Shown piece after piece: positions 1-11,770 of a stretch of 64,000 nt of DNA; the stretch's first letter is position 1; every line of letters begins with the position of its first letter. The position numbers were made by a program, and so were the translations under genes. The notes under the pieces were generated by a model. That model saw only the letters and a list, made by a program, of their open reading frames with translations, searched no databases and was not told the origin of the DNA. This DNA comes from Histomonas meleagridis 2922-C6/04-290x (lineage: Eukaryota > Protista > Parabasalia). The stretch spans positions 350,719 to 414,718 of the forward strand of contig JAANOX010000099.1 in NCBI GenBank assembly GCA_020184695.1, written 5' to 3'.

Positions 1-1549
1 TTGCCCTATAGAATGGTACAATTGAAGTAATAAGAGAAGATGAATGTTTACGTGTTAAAAGTTCTTCTAAATTACCAATATCTTGAAGTGTTAGATTAGT
101 TCCGTATACTTCATAATATTCTTGATTATCGTTTAATATAATTTCTAAGTTATATGGAATTTCATTAACATAATATCTTGGCTCTTTTGGTTCTTCATGT
201 TTTTCAATAACAGTTAAATTAAACTTTTCTCTTGTTATATATTTAAGTGTTGCTTGAACAACTTTTGGATTTACAATTATATATTTTAATGTATTTAGTG
301 CTGATGCTTGAATTATATCTAAACTTCCAATTCGATATGAACAAAGTGGTGGTTTCTGAGTTAATATATGAAAATCATTTCTATTATCATATTGTTTATA
401 TTCTAATTGTGATACATTTGGTGTTTTATAAATTTTTCGTTGAAATATTACAATTAATACAACTGAAATAATGAGAATAATAAAAATGATAAGTTTTACT
501 TTTTTGATCTTATGAATTGTCGGCATTTTCGCAAATTTTTCATCGCAGAAAAATGGAACTGTAAAAAATACAATAGCTGAAAATGGAAATGTGATTCCAA
601 GAAATGCAATATTATAAGAATATCTATTTAAATCAGCCATTCCTCTTTCATGTAAATCAAAAAATATACCAATTTGTAATAAAAAGCAAAAGTAGGCTGC
701 AAATTTCTTACCTAATGCGAACGCTATATCTTTGTGATCATTTTTACATGAAAAAAACCATTCTTGATATAAATTAGTTTCTGGACTATCTAAAAATGTT
801 ATCCATTCATCTAAATTCATTAAATCTGATGGATCATAAAGCTCTTGAGGAATAATAAACCATTTACACTTTGTTTTGTTTTGTTTTATATTAATTTCAA
901 ATTCACTACTTTCTTCTAATAATGATTTATCAATTGCTGTATATTCATATTTTTTATTGATATTCCTATAAATAAAGACTTTCCAAGCATGAAAAAAAAC
1001 TTTTACGATACCAATAAAAGGAGGAATCAAACCGATGAATAACAAATATGTTGATTTGTATATAATATCGGTTGTAAAAGAATGTCTGATAAAATCTAAA
1101 ATTATAAGTACTATAGCACCAATATGATAAAGACCAAAAAGACTGCATTGAATGAAAAAATTACATTTTGAAACAGAAGGATCTTGTAAATATTCATTTG
1201 CTTTTGCAATTGCTTTCGTTGGACTTAGTTTTGACCATATGTTTGAAAAAAATGATTTAACAATCTTTATTACAATGTATATAAATAATTCAATAACAGG
1301 ACCAAGAAGAATAACATTAACAATAGTAATAACAAATTTCTTACCCCATGCTTGATTTGTATATAAACTATGCGTCAAACAACTCGCACTGATATCAGAA
1401 ATAAGAATAACAAATATTGGTATTGTTACAATAGTAATTACTATCATCGAAAAATATACAGAAGTAAGTGAAAATATAACTGTTAAACAATATAAAATAC
1501 TGCATATCAGGGTAGAAAAAGAGAAGCCACTGCATACTTCTTTTGGCAT
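1..1549 (-). CDS. Multi-pass membrane protein, unknown function (partial; runs off the left edge, absent from the ORF track)
   Basis: Manual translation gives a stop-free frame from ATG 1549 (MPKEVCSGFSFSTLICSILYCL...) to base 1, at least 516 codons. It has several hydrophobic helices followed by a polar domain. An Inr-like TCATTTT lies ~20 nt upstream. Confidence 0.7.
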   Translation of the reverse strand, partial: MPKEVCSGFSFSTLICSILYCLTVIFSLTSVYFSMIVITIVTIPIFVILISDISASCLTHSLYTNQAWGKKFVITIVNVILLGPVIELFIYIVIKIVKSFFSNIWSKLSPTKAIAKANEYLQDPSVSKCNFFIQCSLFGLYHIGAIVLIILDFIRHSFTTDIIYKSTYLLFIGLIPPFIGIVKVFFHAWKVFIYRNINKKYEYTAIDKSLLEESSEFEINIKQNKTKCKWFIIPQELYDPSDLMNLDEWITFLDSPETNLYQEWFFSCKNDHKDIAFALGKKFAAYFCFLLQIGIFFDLHERGMADLNRYSYNIAFLGITFPFSAIVFFTVPFFCDEKFAKMPTIHKIKKVKLIIFIILIISVVLIVIFQRKIYKTPNVSQLEYKQYDNRNDFHILTQKPPLCSYRIGSLDIIQASALNTLKYIIVNPKVVQATLKYITREKFNLTVIEKHEEPKEPRYYVNEIPYNLEIILNDNQEYYEVYGTNLTLQDIGNLEELLTRKHSSSLITSIVPFYRA

Positions 1550-2080
1550 TAACTTTAAAAAGGCAAAATGAAGTCAAACGGAGTGGTCATTTCTTTGTAA
1601 CCAAAAAGTGTATTCAAAAAGTTTAAATTCACAAAAAATCGAAAGTGGTCAGAAATTAATTTTAAATAGTTTACAAATAAATTTTTTTAATAAATTAATT
1701 GAATAATTCAGAATTTTGCCATTGAAAATCCTATTGCTTTGTTTTCATTTGCACTTTATATATCTACTGAATGGTTTGACAAATGTTTAAATAATGAGAT
1801 TAACATAATTTATGGAATGATTTTTTTGAATTATGATCGTTAACCTACAGAAAAAATTTACTATAATTATGATGTATCTTTATGTTGAAAGTGAATCAAT
1901 TTTATCCTATATCATATATATGTAATATATTATGCTTCTGTTATGAATATTTCTTATCATTTGAATACATGTACATGAAATTAAAGATTTAATAAATTAA
2001 CAAATTAAAATTTATTTCGATACACAACAAACATACAATAATTTCATAAAAAAATCAAAACGTTATATATATTATATTTA

Positions 2081-5000
2081 TTACACATTATTTTTAAAAG
2101 TATTTTTCAATATTTTCTGAAATATCGAAGTTTTTTGTGCGCAAATTTCTTGTATTAATTTATCATTATAAAACAACGAAACTTTATCATCTCCGTTCCA
2201 CACCGCATTTGTTGGTATTCCATCGAATTCGAATCTTATTGAACTTGACAATTCGAATTTCTCCTTATTCTTTAATATTATTGCTGATTCGACCCACGTC
2301 AGCATTTTCTCAGCAGGGGAAATAACAATAAATCGTTTTCCATTTGGGGAAACTGAAACGAATGAAATTGGTTCTTTCGAAATTTCGATTTTCCAAATTA
2401 TCAAAGCAGTTTCAGTTGACGAAACAATTATATTACCATAGTTATCACCGAAGACAACAAATTTTTTAGCGGAAGTGAAAAATGGAATTTTTTCTTCGAT
2501 AATTTTAAAAATTGCGTTTAAATTAATTTGTGAATTTTTTTGTGTCACACTTATAATATGATTAATGAAAAAGAGAATTAAATCTCGATCATTCGGATTC
2601 CATTTTTTAAAGAGCATTTCAATGAAATGTAAATATTGTGGAATTAAAATTATTTTATCGAAGAATTCGATTGGTGATATTATTGCAAAAGGTATAATTT
2701 GTTGTTCATATATATAACCATTTGATATACCATTAATCATTTCTTCGAAGAATTTGTTTATATCATTAATATAAACTCGAAAATTTTGATATGATTCAGA
2801 TAATAAATCAATGATTTCGGAATTTTCGAATAAAAAAGGAAACAAATTTTCAGAACATTTTAACCCGAATTCATTTGATAACTTAAATTTCTTACAATGA
2901 ATTAATGCAAATGGTAATATAATTCTCCAATCATTAAACAAGTTTTGGATGTTTTTAATTATTTCTAATCCTTGTTCACACGTCAAAGAATTATAATACA
3001 TTTTAATTAATCCGATTACTATTTCACGCATTGAATCATTTGGTGATATTAACCAATTCGCTAACATGAAAATCGATGGTGAAACAGCTTCGATTAATAA
3101 CTTCGATGTAACTGATTGTGATATAAATGATATAATTGATAATGAATTATCATTCTTCGATTCAGAAAAGCATTGTCCTGTCGATGATGATATTACTGCT
3201 TGAATAGCTGAAAGATTCGGCGATATCGAAAATGCAATGTTTAATGCTTCTTCATCTTCTTTATTATATAATGGTAATGTTACCGTATAATTATCACCGG
3301 CTATAGCATATGTAAATGTATCTAATACATTAACTTGATCACAAATATCTAATTTTCCTTTTCCTATATGAAATTTCCATAAAAGTTTTAATGGTATAAA
3401 TAATGGATTTGTTCGAATCGGTAAATTATCAAAGGAATCAAATGAATCAAAAAAATCCATAGCATCAAATATTAACGCAAATGTTTGACAATTCGGTATT
3501 ATTAAGTTTCGTATTTGCGCAAAAACTGGTTCTTTATATTCTAATGATGATTGTTGATTATCTAAAGCAGGCGCACTCATAGCTTTTTTAATTGGGACTT
3601 TATCGTCAATGTATTTCATTTTTAAGATTTCCTTATTCCGATTTATCGATACTAACTCACCTTTAATATTATACACATAAACAAAAGGAGATTCACATTT
3701 CAAATAAAACAAAGATTTATAATATATTATATCTGTTATCGGATAACTAATTTCAGAAAAAACCATTATCGAAGTTAAATTTCGTGTATCAACTAATGAA
3801 AATGAATAATTTGCAATGAATATTATCCATTTTCTTTTCGAATTATATTTCGCTTTTTTGATTGGCTCAAATAAATCATGAAATTCTGCCAACTTATGAT
3901 TATTCCATGCAATAATTGAGCCATCAATAGCAAAAGAAAAAAACATTTTACCATTTGGTGGCGAATATAATAAATTTGCATTTTTATGTGTTCCAATTGG
4001 TTTATTAAAATCATCCAAATAAACATTATCATTAATATCAATTCGTGCTTCATGTTTTATTAAGTTATTATGACTACTAATTGCACATTTACAACGATAT
4101 TTAGTTGTAAAACATTTTGATAAATCACATATAATATCATTTTCATTTTTAGATGAATGAAAATTTAATATTGACTTAGAAGGCGAATAAATTATAAATC
4201 CTTCACTAGTGATATATATTGGATGATTCATTTTACCATTAAATGTTAATATTTTTTTTGGTGGATTTATTTTTGTTAAATCAATTTTTATCCCTTCTTT
4301 AGTTACTTGTGATCGAATTGTTCTATTAGAATTACCATCAAATGAATAAACATTAAAAAATGAACTTTTGGTTGTAATCCTATCAAAAATATTCGTTTTT
4401 GAATATTGAATACTTTCCAAATTTGGGAGCTCCCAAATTTCTATTACACCGCCAACGGTTTTGATATAAAAAGTTGTATCGTTGACCCATCGACCTTCTG
4501 AAAAAAAATCAAATTCAAATTCAATTTCTTTTTGATAAAGAATTTCATCGGAGTAATATATAAACCATTTATCAGGCGTAACTTGAAGAATATAATCAAG
4601 GCCTGGGGATAAAATAGAATCGCAAAAAGATGAATCAGTATTTAAGCAATATGAGTATGTACAAACAACAGAATTCCCAAAAAATGAAAAAACTGAATTT
4701 GTTCCATCAGCACATGAAGCACAGTGAAGTTGTCCATGGCCATTAAAAAATGTAATAAGAGAAGAAAATCCAGAAATTCGTGAAAGAAGAGTTCCTGATT
4801 TGATATCTGCTATTTCTATTGTGCCAATTGATTGTGAAGCAATCATTAATGAAGTCTTGGTTTGATGCGATGATAAAAACTCGGATCCCTCTGAAAATAA
4901 TTTCTGATGATTTAAAATAATGGTAAAATCTTGAACAGATATAATTGAAAGTGTTCCATCTATTGACAAAGAGGCAATGGATGGATCATATAAAAGATGT

Positions 5001-5308
5001 GTATAATTTGTTATGGACGTTACTTTTGAGTCATGCCCAAAAATAAAGCAAATTGGTATGACATTTAATATTTCATTATTCTGTGAATGTATTTGATATG
5101 CAACAATTTGCCCTGTGGTTGTGCCACAAAAAAGTGTGGATGAAATAAGAGGATTTGACCAGATATAACTTTTTTTGATCAATTTATGATTAAACTTAAC
5201 AGAAAAAAAAGTCGAAAAATCGAGTTGTGGACATGTTTGATCAGTCCAAGAATTAAATGCTACAGCAAGTAAGGAAGGATATTGAAATTTTTCCTTGAAC
5301 TTGCCCAT
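2081..5308 (-). CDS. WD40-repeat protein, WDR7/WDR72 (rabconnectin-3 beta)-like
   Basis: 1075-aa ORF with N-terminal WD motifs (LFCGTTTGQIVAY, IFGHDSKVTSI, SLSIDGTLSII) and C-terminal WD blades around a helical middle region. Confidence 0.7.
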   Translation of the reverse strand: MGKFKEKFQYPSLLAVAFNSWTDQTCPQLDFSTFFSVKFNHKLIKKSYIWSNPLISSTLFCGTTTGQIVAYQIHSQNNEILNVIPICFIFGHDSKVTSITNYTHLLYDPSIASLSIDGTLSIISVQDFTIILNHQKLFSEGSEFLSSHQTKTSLMIASQSIGTIEIADIKSGTLLSRISGFSSLITFFNGHGQLHCASCADGTNSVFSFFGNSVVCTYSYCLNTDSSFCDSILSPGLDYILQVTPDKWFIYYSDEILYQKEIEFEFDFFSEGRWVNDTTFYIKTVGGVIEIWELPNLESIQYSKTNIFDRITTKSSFFNVYSFDGNSNRTIRSQVTKEGIKIDLTKINPPKKILTFNGKMNHPIYITSEGFIIYSPSKSILNFHSSKNENDIICDLSKCFTTKYRCKCAISSHNNLIKHEARIDINDNVYLDDFNKPIGTHKNANLLYSPPNGKMFFSFAIDGSIIAWNNHKLAEFHDLFEPIKKAKYNSKRKWIIFIANYSFSLVDTRNLTSIMVFSEISYPITDIIYYKSLFYLKCESPFVYVYNIKGELVSINRNKEILKMKYIDDKVPIKKAMSAPALDNQQSSLEYKEPVFAQIRNLIIPNCQTFALIFDAMDFFDSFDSFDNLPIRTNPLFIPLKLLWKFHIGKGKLDICDQVNVLDTFTYAIAGDNYTVTLPLYNKEDEEALNIAFSISPNLSAIQAVISSSTGQCFSESKNDNSLSIISFISQSVTSKLLIEAVSPSIFMLANWLISPNDSMREIVIGLIKMYYNSLTCEQGLEIIKNIQNLFNDWRIILPFALIHCKKFKLSNEFGLKCSENLFPFLFENSEIIDLLSESYQNFRVYINDINKFFEEMINGISNGYIYEQQIIPFAIISPIEFFDKIILIPQYLHFIEMLFKKWNPNDRDLILFFINHIISVTQKNSQINLNAIFKIIEEKIPFFTSAKKFVVFGDNYGNIIVSSTETALIIWKIEISKEPISFVSVSPNGKRFIVISPAEKMLTWVESAIILKNKEKFELSSSIRFEFDGIPTNAVWNGDDKVSLFYNDKLIQEICAQKTSIFQKILKNTFKNNV

Positions 5309-6059
5309 CTCTTTTGTTAGGGAAGCGCTTATTTTGAATACTCAACGACTGAAAAGTAATAAACTTTTTAACCTTCTTTTGTAAAGTGGCATAACCGAGA
5401 AATACACACAATCCTTTGTAAACAGCGCTTAATGACTGCTTTACGTGACATATCGTAGACTGATAATTCAATGGGAAATTAAATGCATAACAATCGTATC
5501 CGATCGTTATTTATTGAAATAATGGCTATGTGGGATGAAAAAATCTGATGCAAAAAGGAGTAATTAATAATGATCACAATGGTGAACATCCGCTATGGCT
5601 GAATAAATATAATCTACATATTAATTGGCCAAGCAAGGACTACTTATTTATACTACATTTGAAAGAGTCATGAAAAAAAATGTTTTAAATTTTTTTTTGA
5701 TTTTTAATATATGAATTCATGATTCGAATTGTCATTAATTCGATAAAAATTTTTTTACAGCAATGCAATTTACTTTTTTGATTAATTGATCTTATGGTTT
5801 TGGAATGATCCTTTCACTCAGTGTATTAAAAGTTTACAGTGTTTATGCATTTCTATATTTTACATTGAATTGAATATTTTCCACAAATTTATTGTCAATT
5901 GTAAACTATTCAAAAATCAAAAAAAGAATCGTTCATTTCACTTTTTAATTGATGACCAAATGTTTATCAGAATTTTTGTTTTGACTTAATCCTTTTCAAA
6001 AAGTCGACCATTTTGTATTCTTTACGTAAATTAATGCAGCTCAAATTTTATCGCACATA

Positions 6060-6065
6060 TCATTT
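6060..6065 (+). promoter_or_regulatory. Parabasalid initiator (Inr)-like element of the cyclin gene
   Basis: TCATTT about 20 nt upstream of ATG 6081, matching the TCAY(T/A) Inr of trichomonads. The motif is short, so support is weak. Confidence 0.4.
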
Positions 6066-6080
6066 CATAGTGTGACTTAG

Positions 6081-6821
6081 ATGAAAGAATATACTCCACA
6101 CCTCTGGACTACTGAGGAAAGAGAAATAGCATGGGCAGCTGTAACTTATGCAAGACGTGGTTTGAAATTATCAATTTCTCCATGCATTGCAAAATCGTTT
6201 ACTTTTTTACACAAATACTTTGCAAAAATAGATAGAGAGCCTGCACATTTATATGTATTAATGGTATCATCTGTATTTTTGTCATGCAAAATTGAAGATG
6301 CTTATCGATCGTTACCATTAATATTCCAAGAAATTTTCAAAAGCATTTTGGAAATCCAAAAAATAGTTGGATGGGAAAAAATAATTCAAACATTTGGACC
6401 GAGAGATTATAACTGTCCATTTGTAACAGATGAAGAAAAAATGCAAATTGTTCATTACGAGATTATGTTCCTAAACATCGTGAACTGGAACCCAGATATT
6501 GATCTTCCTTTCAAATACTTTAATGCAACACAACCAGTTTTTCGTGACATTGAAAATGATAATTCAGAAAATACAGAAAATATTTGTAATTTTGTTATGA
6601 GGGATCTCTGCTTAATTCTGAGAAATGAAAATTACTTAAACATACATCCAATTGTTTCAGTTGCAGCATCCATATTACATTTATATGGGCAGAGACCTCT
6701 TCCAAAATTAACACAAGCATGGGTCAACAACATAAAGAGGAATTACCCAGAAGAACTTGACCTTGCACTTTTAGTATTGTATAAAGAATCAAATCGGTGT
6801 GTTCCATGTCATTCAAAATGA
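6081..6821 (+). CDS. Cyclin-like protein (transcriptional cyclin T/K/L-type fold)
   Basis: 246 aa with cyclin-box motifs SSVFLSCKIED and YEIMFLNIVNWNPDIDLPFKY. Confidence 0.7.
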   Translation: MKEYTPHLWTTEEREIAWAAVTYARRGLKLSISPCIAKSFTFLHKYFAKIDREPAHLYVLMVSSVFLSCKIEDAYRSLPLIFQEIFKSILEIQKIVGWEKIIQTFGPRDYNCPFVTDEEKMQIVHYEIMFLNIVNWNPDIDLPFKYFNATQPVFRDIENDNSENTENICNFVMRDLCLILRNENYLNIHPIVSVAASILHLYGQRPLPKLTQAWVNNIKRNYPEELDLALLVLYKESNRCVPCHSK

Positions 6822-7160
6822 ATTAATTTTGACTAAGTTTGTTTATAAATATTGTTCTTTATCATTCTGATTTTTTTTTTGATATCATTAATCATCCAAT
6901 TAGATAAAATACATTAAATTCATTAACTATTACTTTATTATGCTAAGAAGATTTTTTTTATGCAAAATATTTTCTTCGAAATTTGTTGATAAATTATCAT
7001 ACTTTGTTTTTTATATATTATTGCCTGTAAACAAAAGATATTAATGAGTTATTAGGTTTATTGCTATATTAATTAACATAATTAATTAAATTATAAGAAA
7101 AAAGAAAATTATTGGAAAAAACCGTTGTTTGATGTATTTTTTGATGTTCAAATTAATTTT

Positions 7161-7619
7161 ATGAGTGTCGATAACGCGAATGAACAACATGTGATAGTAA
7201 GTGAAACACTTGAAAAGGGTAAAGAGTTATTTCGAAGATTATGGATGAAAAGAACTGAACTTGAGCGACAGATCGATATGGAAAGAGATCTTCAAACGTC
7301 ATTACAATCAGCCCATTTTAAAGTCCAAACGTTGGATATAGATGAAATATCACAGTTGCAAACATCCAAAACTCTTGAAAATGGTTCACTTCTTAAGCAA
7401 ATCAAAGAACTATCTGAACATTTAATGAATAATAATGAAACAACTTTTTTGTCTAATGAAGAACTTGAAATCCAAATTGAAGAATTAAAGAAAGAGAATG
7501 ATGAATTAAAACAAGAAATTGATTCTCTTACAGAAGAAATCCTAAATTTTGATGATAATGAAATCCATTTATTAAGAGCCGAAAAACAACATTTAGATTT
7601 ATTAAAAATGGGCGGGTAA
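7161..7619 (+). CDS. Coiled-coil hypothetical protein
   Basis: ORF rich in E/K/L heptads (ELEIQIEELKKENDELKQEIDSL). First ATG is at 7161; the track start 7125 is TTG. Confidence 0.6.
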   Translation: MSVDNANEQHVIVSETLEKGKELFRRLWMKRTELERQIDMERDLQTSLQSAHFKVQTLDIDEISQLQTSKTLENGSLLKQIKELSEHLMNNNETTFLSNEELEIQIEELKKENDELKQEIDSLTEEILNFDDNEIHLLRAEKQHLDLLKMGG

Positions 7620-7625
7620 CTCCGT

Positions 7626-8864
7626 TTATAAATCATCAAATTGGGAAATCTTCCTTTGTTTTCGTTTGTTCTTTGCCATTTCTCTTCTCTTTTTAAAGTA
7701 ATCACCATCACTTAATGAATCACTAATTTGATCTGGGTCATAATTTCTATGATTTTCATTTTCTCTTCTAATATTTTCTAATTCTCTTTCTTTGCTTAAT
7801 TTCCTATTATGTTCATCGAAGTTTTTTACTTCTGCTTCCCTAATACTTAAGAACACATCTTCGAGCATTTCTCGTGCATATGTTTCATTATCTGTAATTA
7901 AGAAATTATTAAAAATGGAACCTGGCGCATTATGAAAGAACTCAAGTCCGAGATAACCAATTGATGAGAAATGTCCAAACGTTGGATCCTTTTCTACACT
8001 TTCATTGATCATTTTCGGTGTCCAAACGCCTTTATAATTTGGGTTCTTAATGATTCGTGGTGACCATTCACCTCGATAACGTGGATTACGTATCATTGGC
8101 GGTGCCCAAACAATTGAATCATCCCATGATTGAGGTTTGAATGCATCTGGATCTGCAATAAATTCTTCATCAACCCAATTATCGGGTTTCTTATCATTAG
8201 GATCAATGATCCATTCATCGTCGTCCCAATCATTAGGTTTAATATCATTTGGATCTGGTATTAAATCAGCAGATGGAATTTGGAATCGTTCTTCAAGTGT
8301 TCCATTATCAACGATTTCCCCATCAATTCGTACTTCGATTGTATTATTCTTACGAATGATTAATGTATATGAATGTGTAAGATGATCTTTGATACAATTA
8401 ACATGTCGTGTTGTTTCATATTTTTTCCCTTTGTGTGTGATAATAAAATGTGTTCTTCTAAATGTTGCGCCACAAATATCCGGTCCAAACATTATCAAAT
8501 AATCCGTCTCATTAGAAAAATGTGTTGGATCAACATCAGATGACAATATTTTGATGTATTGGCCAGAGCAATCAACATAATAAGGAAGGCGAACTGTGTA
8601 TTGAATAATCAAATCTTTATCTCTTGTGTCCATTCTGTGCGTGAGATTTGTGTAGAGAAGATAATTCCGTTTACTGTCCATTGTCTCGAGTCCGCGTTGC
8701 TTTTTCTCATCGCCCCAGAAACTTCCTGATGTGACGCGAACACGGCCTAATTGAACGCCTTTTCGTACATGCGTTGGCTTCTTCCAACGTGTTTCCCATC
8801 CAGGGCCGAAACGTTCTTCCAGATAAACTGTTGAATGAACTGATATCAGGAAGAAACAGAACAT
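7626..8864 (-). CDS. CALR: Calreticulin family ER lectin chaperone
   Basis: Signal peptide MFCFFLISVHS from ATG 8864, motifs DCSGQYIK and MFGPDICG, P-domain repeats (IPDPNDIKPNDWD, GEWSPRIIKNPNYKGVW), and a KDEL-like C-terminus FDDL. Confidence 0.88.
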   Translation of the reverse strand: MFCFFLISVHSTVYLEERFGPGWETRWKKPTHVRKGVQLGRVRVTSGSFWGDEKKQRGLETMDSKRNYLLYTNLTHRMDTRDKDLIIQYTVRLPYYVDCSGQYIKILSSDVDPTHFSNETDYLIMFGPDICGATFRRTHFIITHKGKKYETTRHVNCIKDHLTHSYTLIIRKNNTIEVRIDGEIVDNGTLEERFQIPSADLIPDPNDIKPNDWDDDEWIIDPNDKKPDNWVDEEFIADPDAFKPQSWDDSIVWAPPMIRNPRYRGEWSPRIIKNPNYKGVWTPKMINESVEKDPTFGHFSSIGYLGLEFFHNAPGSIFNNFLITDNETYAREMLEDVFLSIREAEVKNFDEHNRKLSKERELENIRRENENHRNYDPDQISDSLSDGDYFKKRREMAKNKRKQRKISQFDDL

Positions 8865-9219
8865 AATAAGTTTTATGTCACTTTGCGCCATATATTTTTG
8901 AATGAGAAAATAATTCATTATTGAAAAGTGACAAATAATTTTTTTTCATAATTTTTTTTTTACTTATTTCTTTTCATAATATGTTTTTTATTTGGTCGCA
9001 AAATGTTTGTTTCTGAATGTAGTTTTGTTTGAGTATAAAACGAAAAGTGATTTTAGAAAATTAAATTTTAATAATTTTATCCGAATTTGGAAATTTTTAT
9101 ATTTTTCTGATGACTTAAAAAAATAGTGTATAATAATATATGTTTAAGTATTCCTTTGAGTGTATTTTAATGGGTCATTTGAAAGTTGGCCAAACAAAGT
9201 CTGTCAATCATAAATCCTA

Positions 9220-9843
9220 ATGTCTGGATCAATTGATTCACAAAATGGATCAACAATGGTTGCAATGATTGGAGATCATTGTGTTGCCATTGCATCAGAC
9301 AAACGACTTGGCGCACAAATGCAAACAGTATCGATAAATTGTAAGAAAATATTTCAAATAAATGATTCAATATTTATTGGTTTAAGTGGTCTTATGACTG
9401 ATGCCGATACAGTTCATGAGAAACTTAGACATGAAGTAAATCTTCTTGAATTACGTGAAGAACGTCCTTTGGATCCAAAACGTTTCATAAATCTTGTTAA
9501 GTCACTTCTTTACAAACATCGATTTGGTCCATATTTCGTTCAACCAATTATAGCTGGACTTGAACCAGGTACAAATAATCCAATTCTTGCGACATCAGAT
9601 AGTATTGGTGCTATGACAGAACCGAATGATTTTGCTGTTGCAGGAACATCAAGTGATTCATTGTATGGTATTTGTGAAAGTCTATGGAGGCCAGGAATGA
9701 ATCCTGATGAGTTATTTAAAACAATTTCAACATGTTTGATATCAGCTATCGAACGCGATGGACTCAGTGGTTGGGGTGGAATTGTTTATATTGTAACACC
9801 AGAACAGATAATTACGAAAGAAATCAAAACACGTATGGATTAA
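9220..9843 (+). CDS. PSMB3: Proteasome subunit beta type-3
   Basis: NGSTMVAMIGDHCVAIASDKRLG, RFGPYF, DSIG, LYGICESLW and RDGLSGWG are diagnostic beta3 motifs; ends KTRMD. Confidence 0.95.
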   Translation: MSGSIDSQNGSTMVAMIGDHCVAIASDKRLGAQMQTVSINCKKIFQINDSIFIGLSGLMTDADTVHEKLRHEVNLLELREERPLDPKRFINLVKSLLYKHRFGPYFVQPIIAGLEPGTNNPILATSDSIGAMTEPNDFAVAGTSSDSLYGICESLWRPGMNPDELFKTISTCLISAIERDGLSGWGGIVYIVTPEQIITKEIKTRMD

Positions 9844-10153
9844 ACAATTCATTTCTTTGGTAATAATTTTATGTTTACTCAATTGAGATTGTCTTTAAGA
9901 AGGCAAAAAACTTTCATCAGATCTAATCTCTAAGTGATTGAACGAATAATGAAACTGTGAAATTGTTGTTGCCAAAAATCCATATGCCCAAATATCAATA
10001 ATGCATTGCACTGTATCACATTTACATGGCCTTGAAACAAGGAAGGAGAGTACGTGGTAAAAGGACTTTATTTTCAGATCGAAAAATACTTTAATAGAAT
10101 TTCGTTCAAAAAGTGGAACCGATACTGCCGATTTTTTTCCACCAGTTAAGTAA

Positions 10154-11432
10154 GCTGAAATTAACGGTCAATAAACGGTTACCAATTTTTGCATAGTTTA
10201 CATATTTGACGTCAAAATATTTTTGATCTTCTTCAATACTTTATATTCGATGTAAACTATTCAATTCTCTTACATTGATATCACTTTTATGATAGAAATA
10301 CGATAGAGCTTTTTGAACAAATTCAGATGCTGGGGCACTCCACGAATTCAAAGGTCAATAACCCATATATAAGTCGAAAGATTTCTTAAAACCATTCCTA
10401 CCGGATGTATTATAAATTAATAGTCAAACGAAAATTGGTCAAGCATTTTATCTACACACTAAATCTGATTATCTTCTTTTGACCTTAATAATCTAAAAAC
10501 TTTATTCTTTTTATATTTATGTAACTGCCTTTTTAAAATGATCATAATTCTTCTTCTGCTTCTAATAATTTAAAAATTATAAACTTGTTCAAATAATTCG
10601 ACATTGAGTCAAGTCATTGAATATTTTGAATTGAGACCGTTCATTAAAAAAAATGGTCGAAAAATTAATTGTTGATCTTTATCAAAATGGTTGTACGCAC
10701 CAACAAATAACTCAAATCCTACATGTGTGTAGCCTTAGGGTATGAAGAGTAATAAATGAATACAATGAAACTGGTAAAATACCATTACCAGTAAATATAA
10801 ATATATAAAGAAGAGGTGCTAAACCAAAAATTACAGAAGACAAGATGATTATCTCATTAAGAAGAAGACAAGATAATTACCTCCTTAAAGAACTAAAACG
10901 TTACATGAAATATATTGGTAAATAAACAAAAACATAAAAGAGATTTTAGAAACTATTTCGACATTAATCTCATTGTCAATTTTGACAAGAATACAAAAAT
11001 TCATGTCAATTTTCAATCTATCGTAATGTCGAATTATTTGAACCGGTTTATATTCAACCAAGAATTGTTCTTGTTTTTTAGCAACTTTATCTATTTGTCA
11101 ATATGTGGATTTGTCACTTTGAATCTCTTTAAAATTTTACTCGAAGTCGCTCCATACCTATCAAATATACCAGCACCCCACGTCATTTGTTATTATTTTT
11201 GATATACTAAATTTGTTCATTTGTTAATTTTGGAATTTTTATCTCCTTACTCAGTTTGTTTCAATGTCACTTTCTTGTAGATGACCAATGAAATTAAATA
11301 CTTTACTTGATTCAAACACGATAGATAAGTTAAAAATAATAACAGCCACCTCAAAATATTTTGACATATTCGACTTTTTGAATCAATAAAGTTTTGAAAA
11401 TTGGCGATCGTTTATTGACCGTTAATTTCAGC
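10154..11432 (+). mobile_element. Non-autonomous TIR element (Tc1/IS630-like deletion derivative)
   Basis: Perfect 24-bp inverted repeats GCTGAAATTAACGGTCAATAAACG (10154-10177 and 11409-11432) with an imperfect subterminal extension. They enclose a transposase N-terminal remnant. No target-site duplication was identified. Confidence 0.7.
10653..10925 (+). pseudogene. Transposase N-terminal HTH remnant
   Basis: MVEKLIVDLYQNGCTHQQITQILHVCSLRV*RVINEYNETGKIP..KRRGAKPKI aligns with the N-terminus of the 35623 transposase (IINLYKQGFSQKQIADILHVGTHRV...SKRGRPQVI). Contains stops and a frameshift. Confidence 0.65.
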
Positions 11433-11770
11433 AACATTTGGACTTACAAATACAATATAAATCAATGCTTTATTCTGACTTTTTAGCGTTTGCTTGGCCC
11501 AAAAATATTTTCAGATTGTTAATAATATTTTGTAAATAAAATAAAGTGTTTAAAATCTTTTACCATCAATAAAGCAAATCTGAGTACAATGTTTGAATAT
11601 AGGCTTAATGATTTATAGTATAGATTTGGTTCAGAGCGACGTCGCAAAATCCGTGGCCGTTACTTACACAACAACATTGCTGCTAACATTCTGTGGTTTA
11701 TCTGAAAAAAATTTTCGATGCGATTCAGTTAGTTAAGATCGGCGAGTGATCCAACTGTTGAAGAAAAAAA

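Noticed and set aside
5520-5620. Box C/D snoRNA-like ATGA...CTGA segments
   Set aside because: There is no proper RUGAUGA box, the segments are too short, and there is no terminal stem.
7292-8385. Antisense or overlapping ORFs (7292-7711, 8137-8385 and similar ones over other genes)
   Set aside because: They are shadow frames of real genes on the opposite strand.
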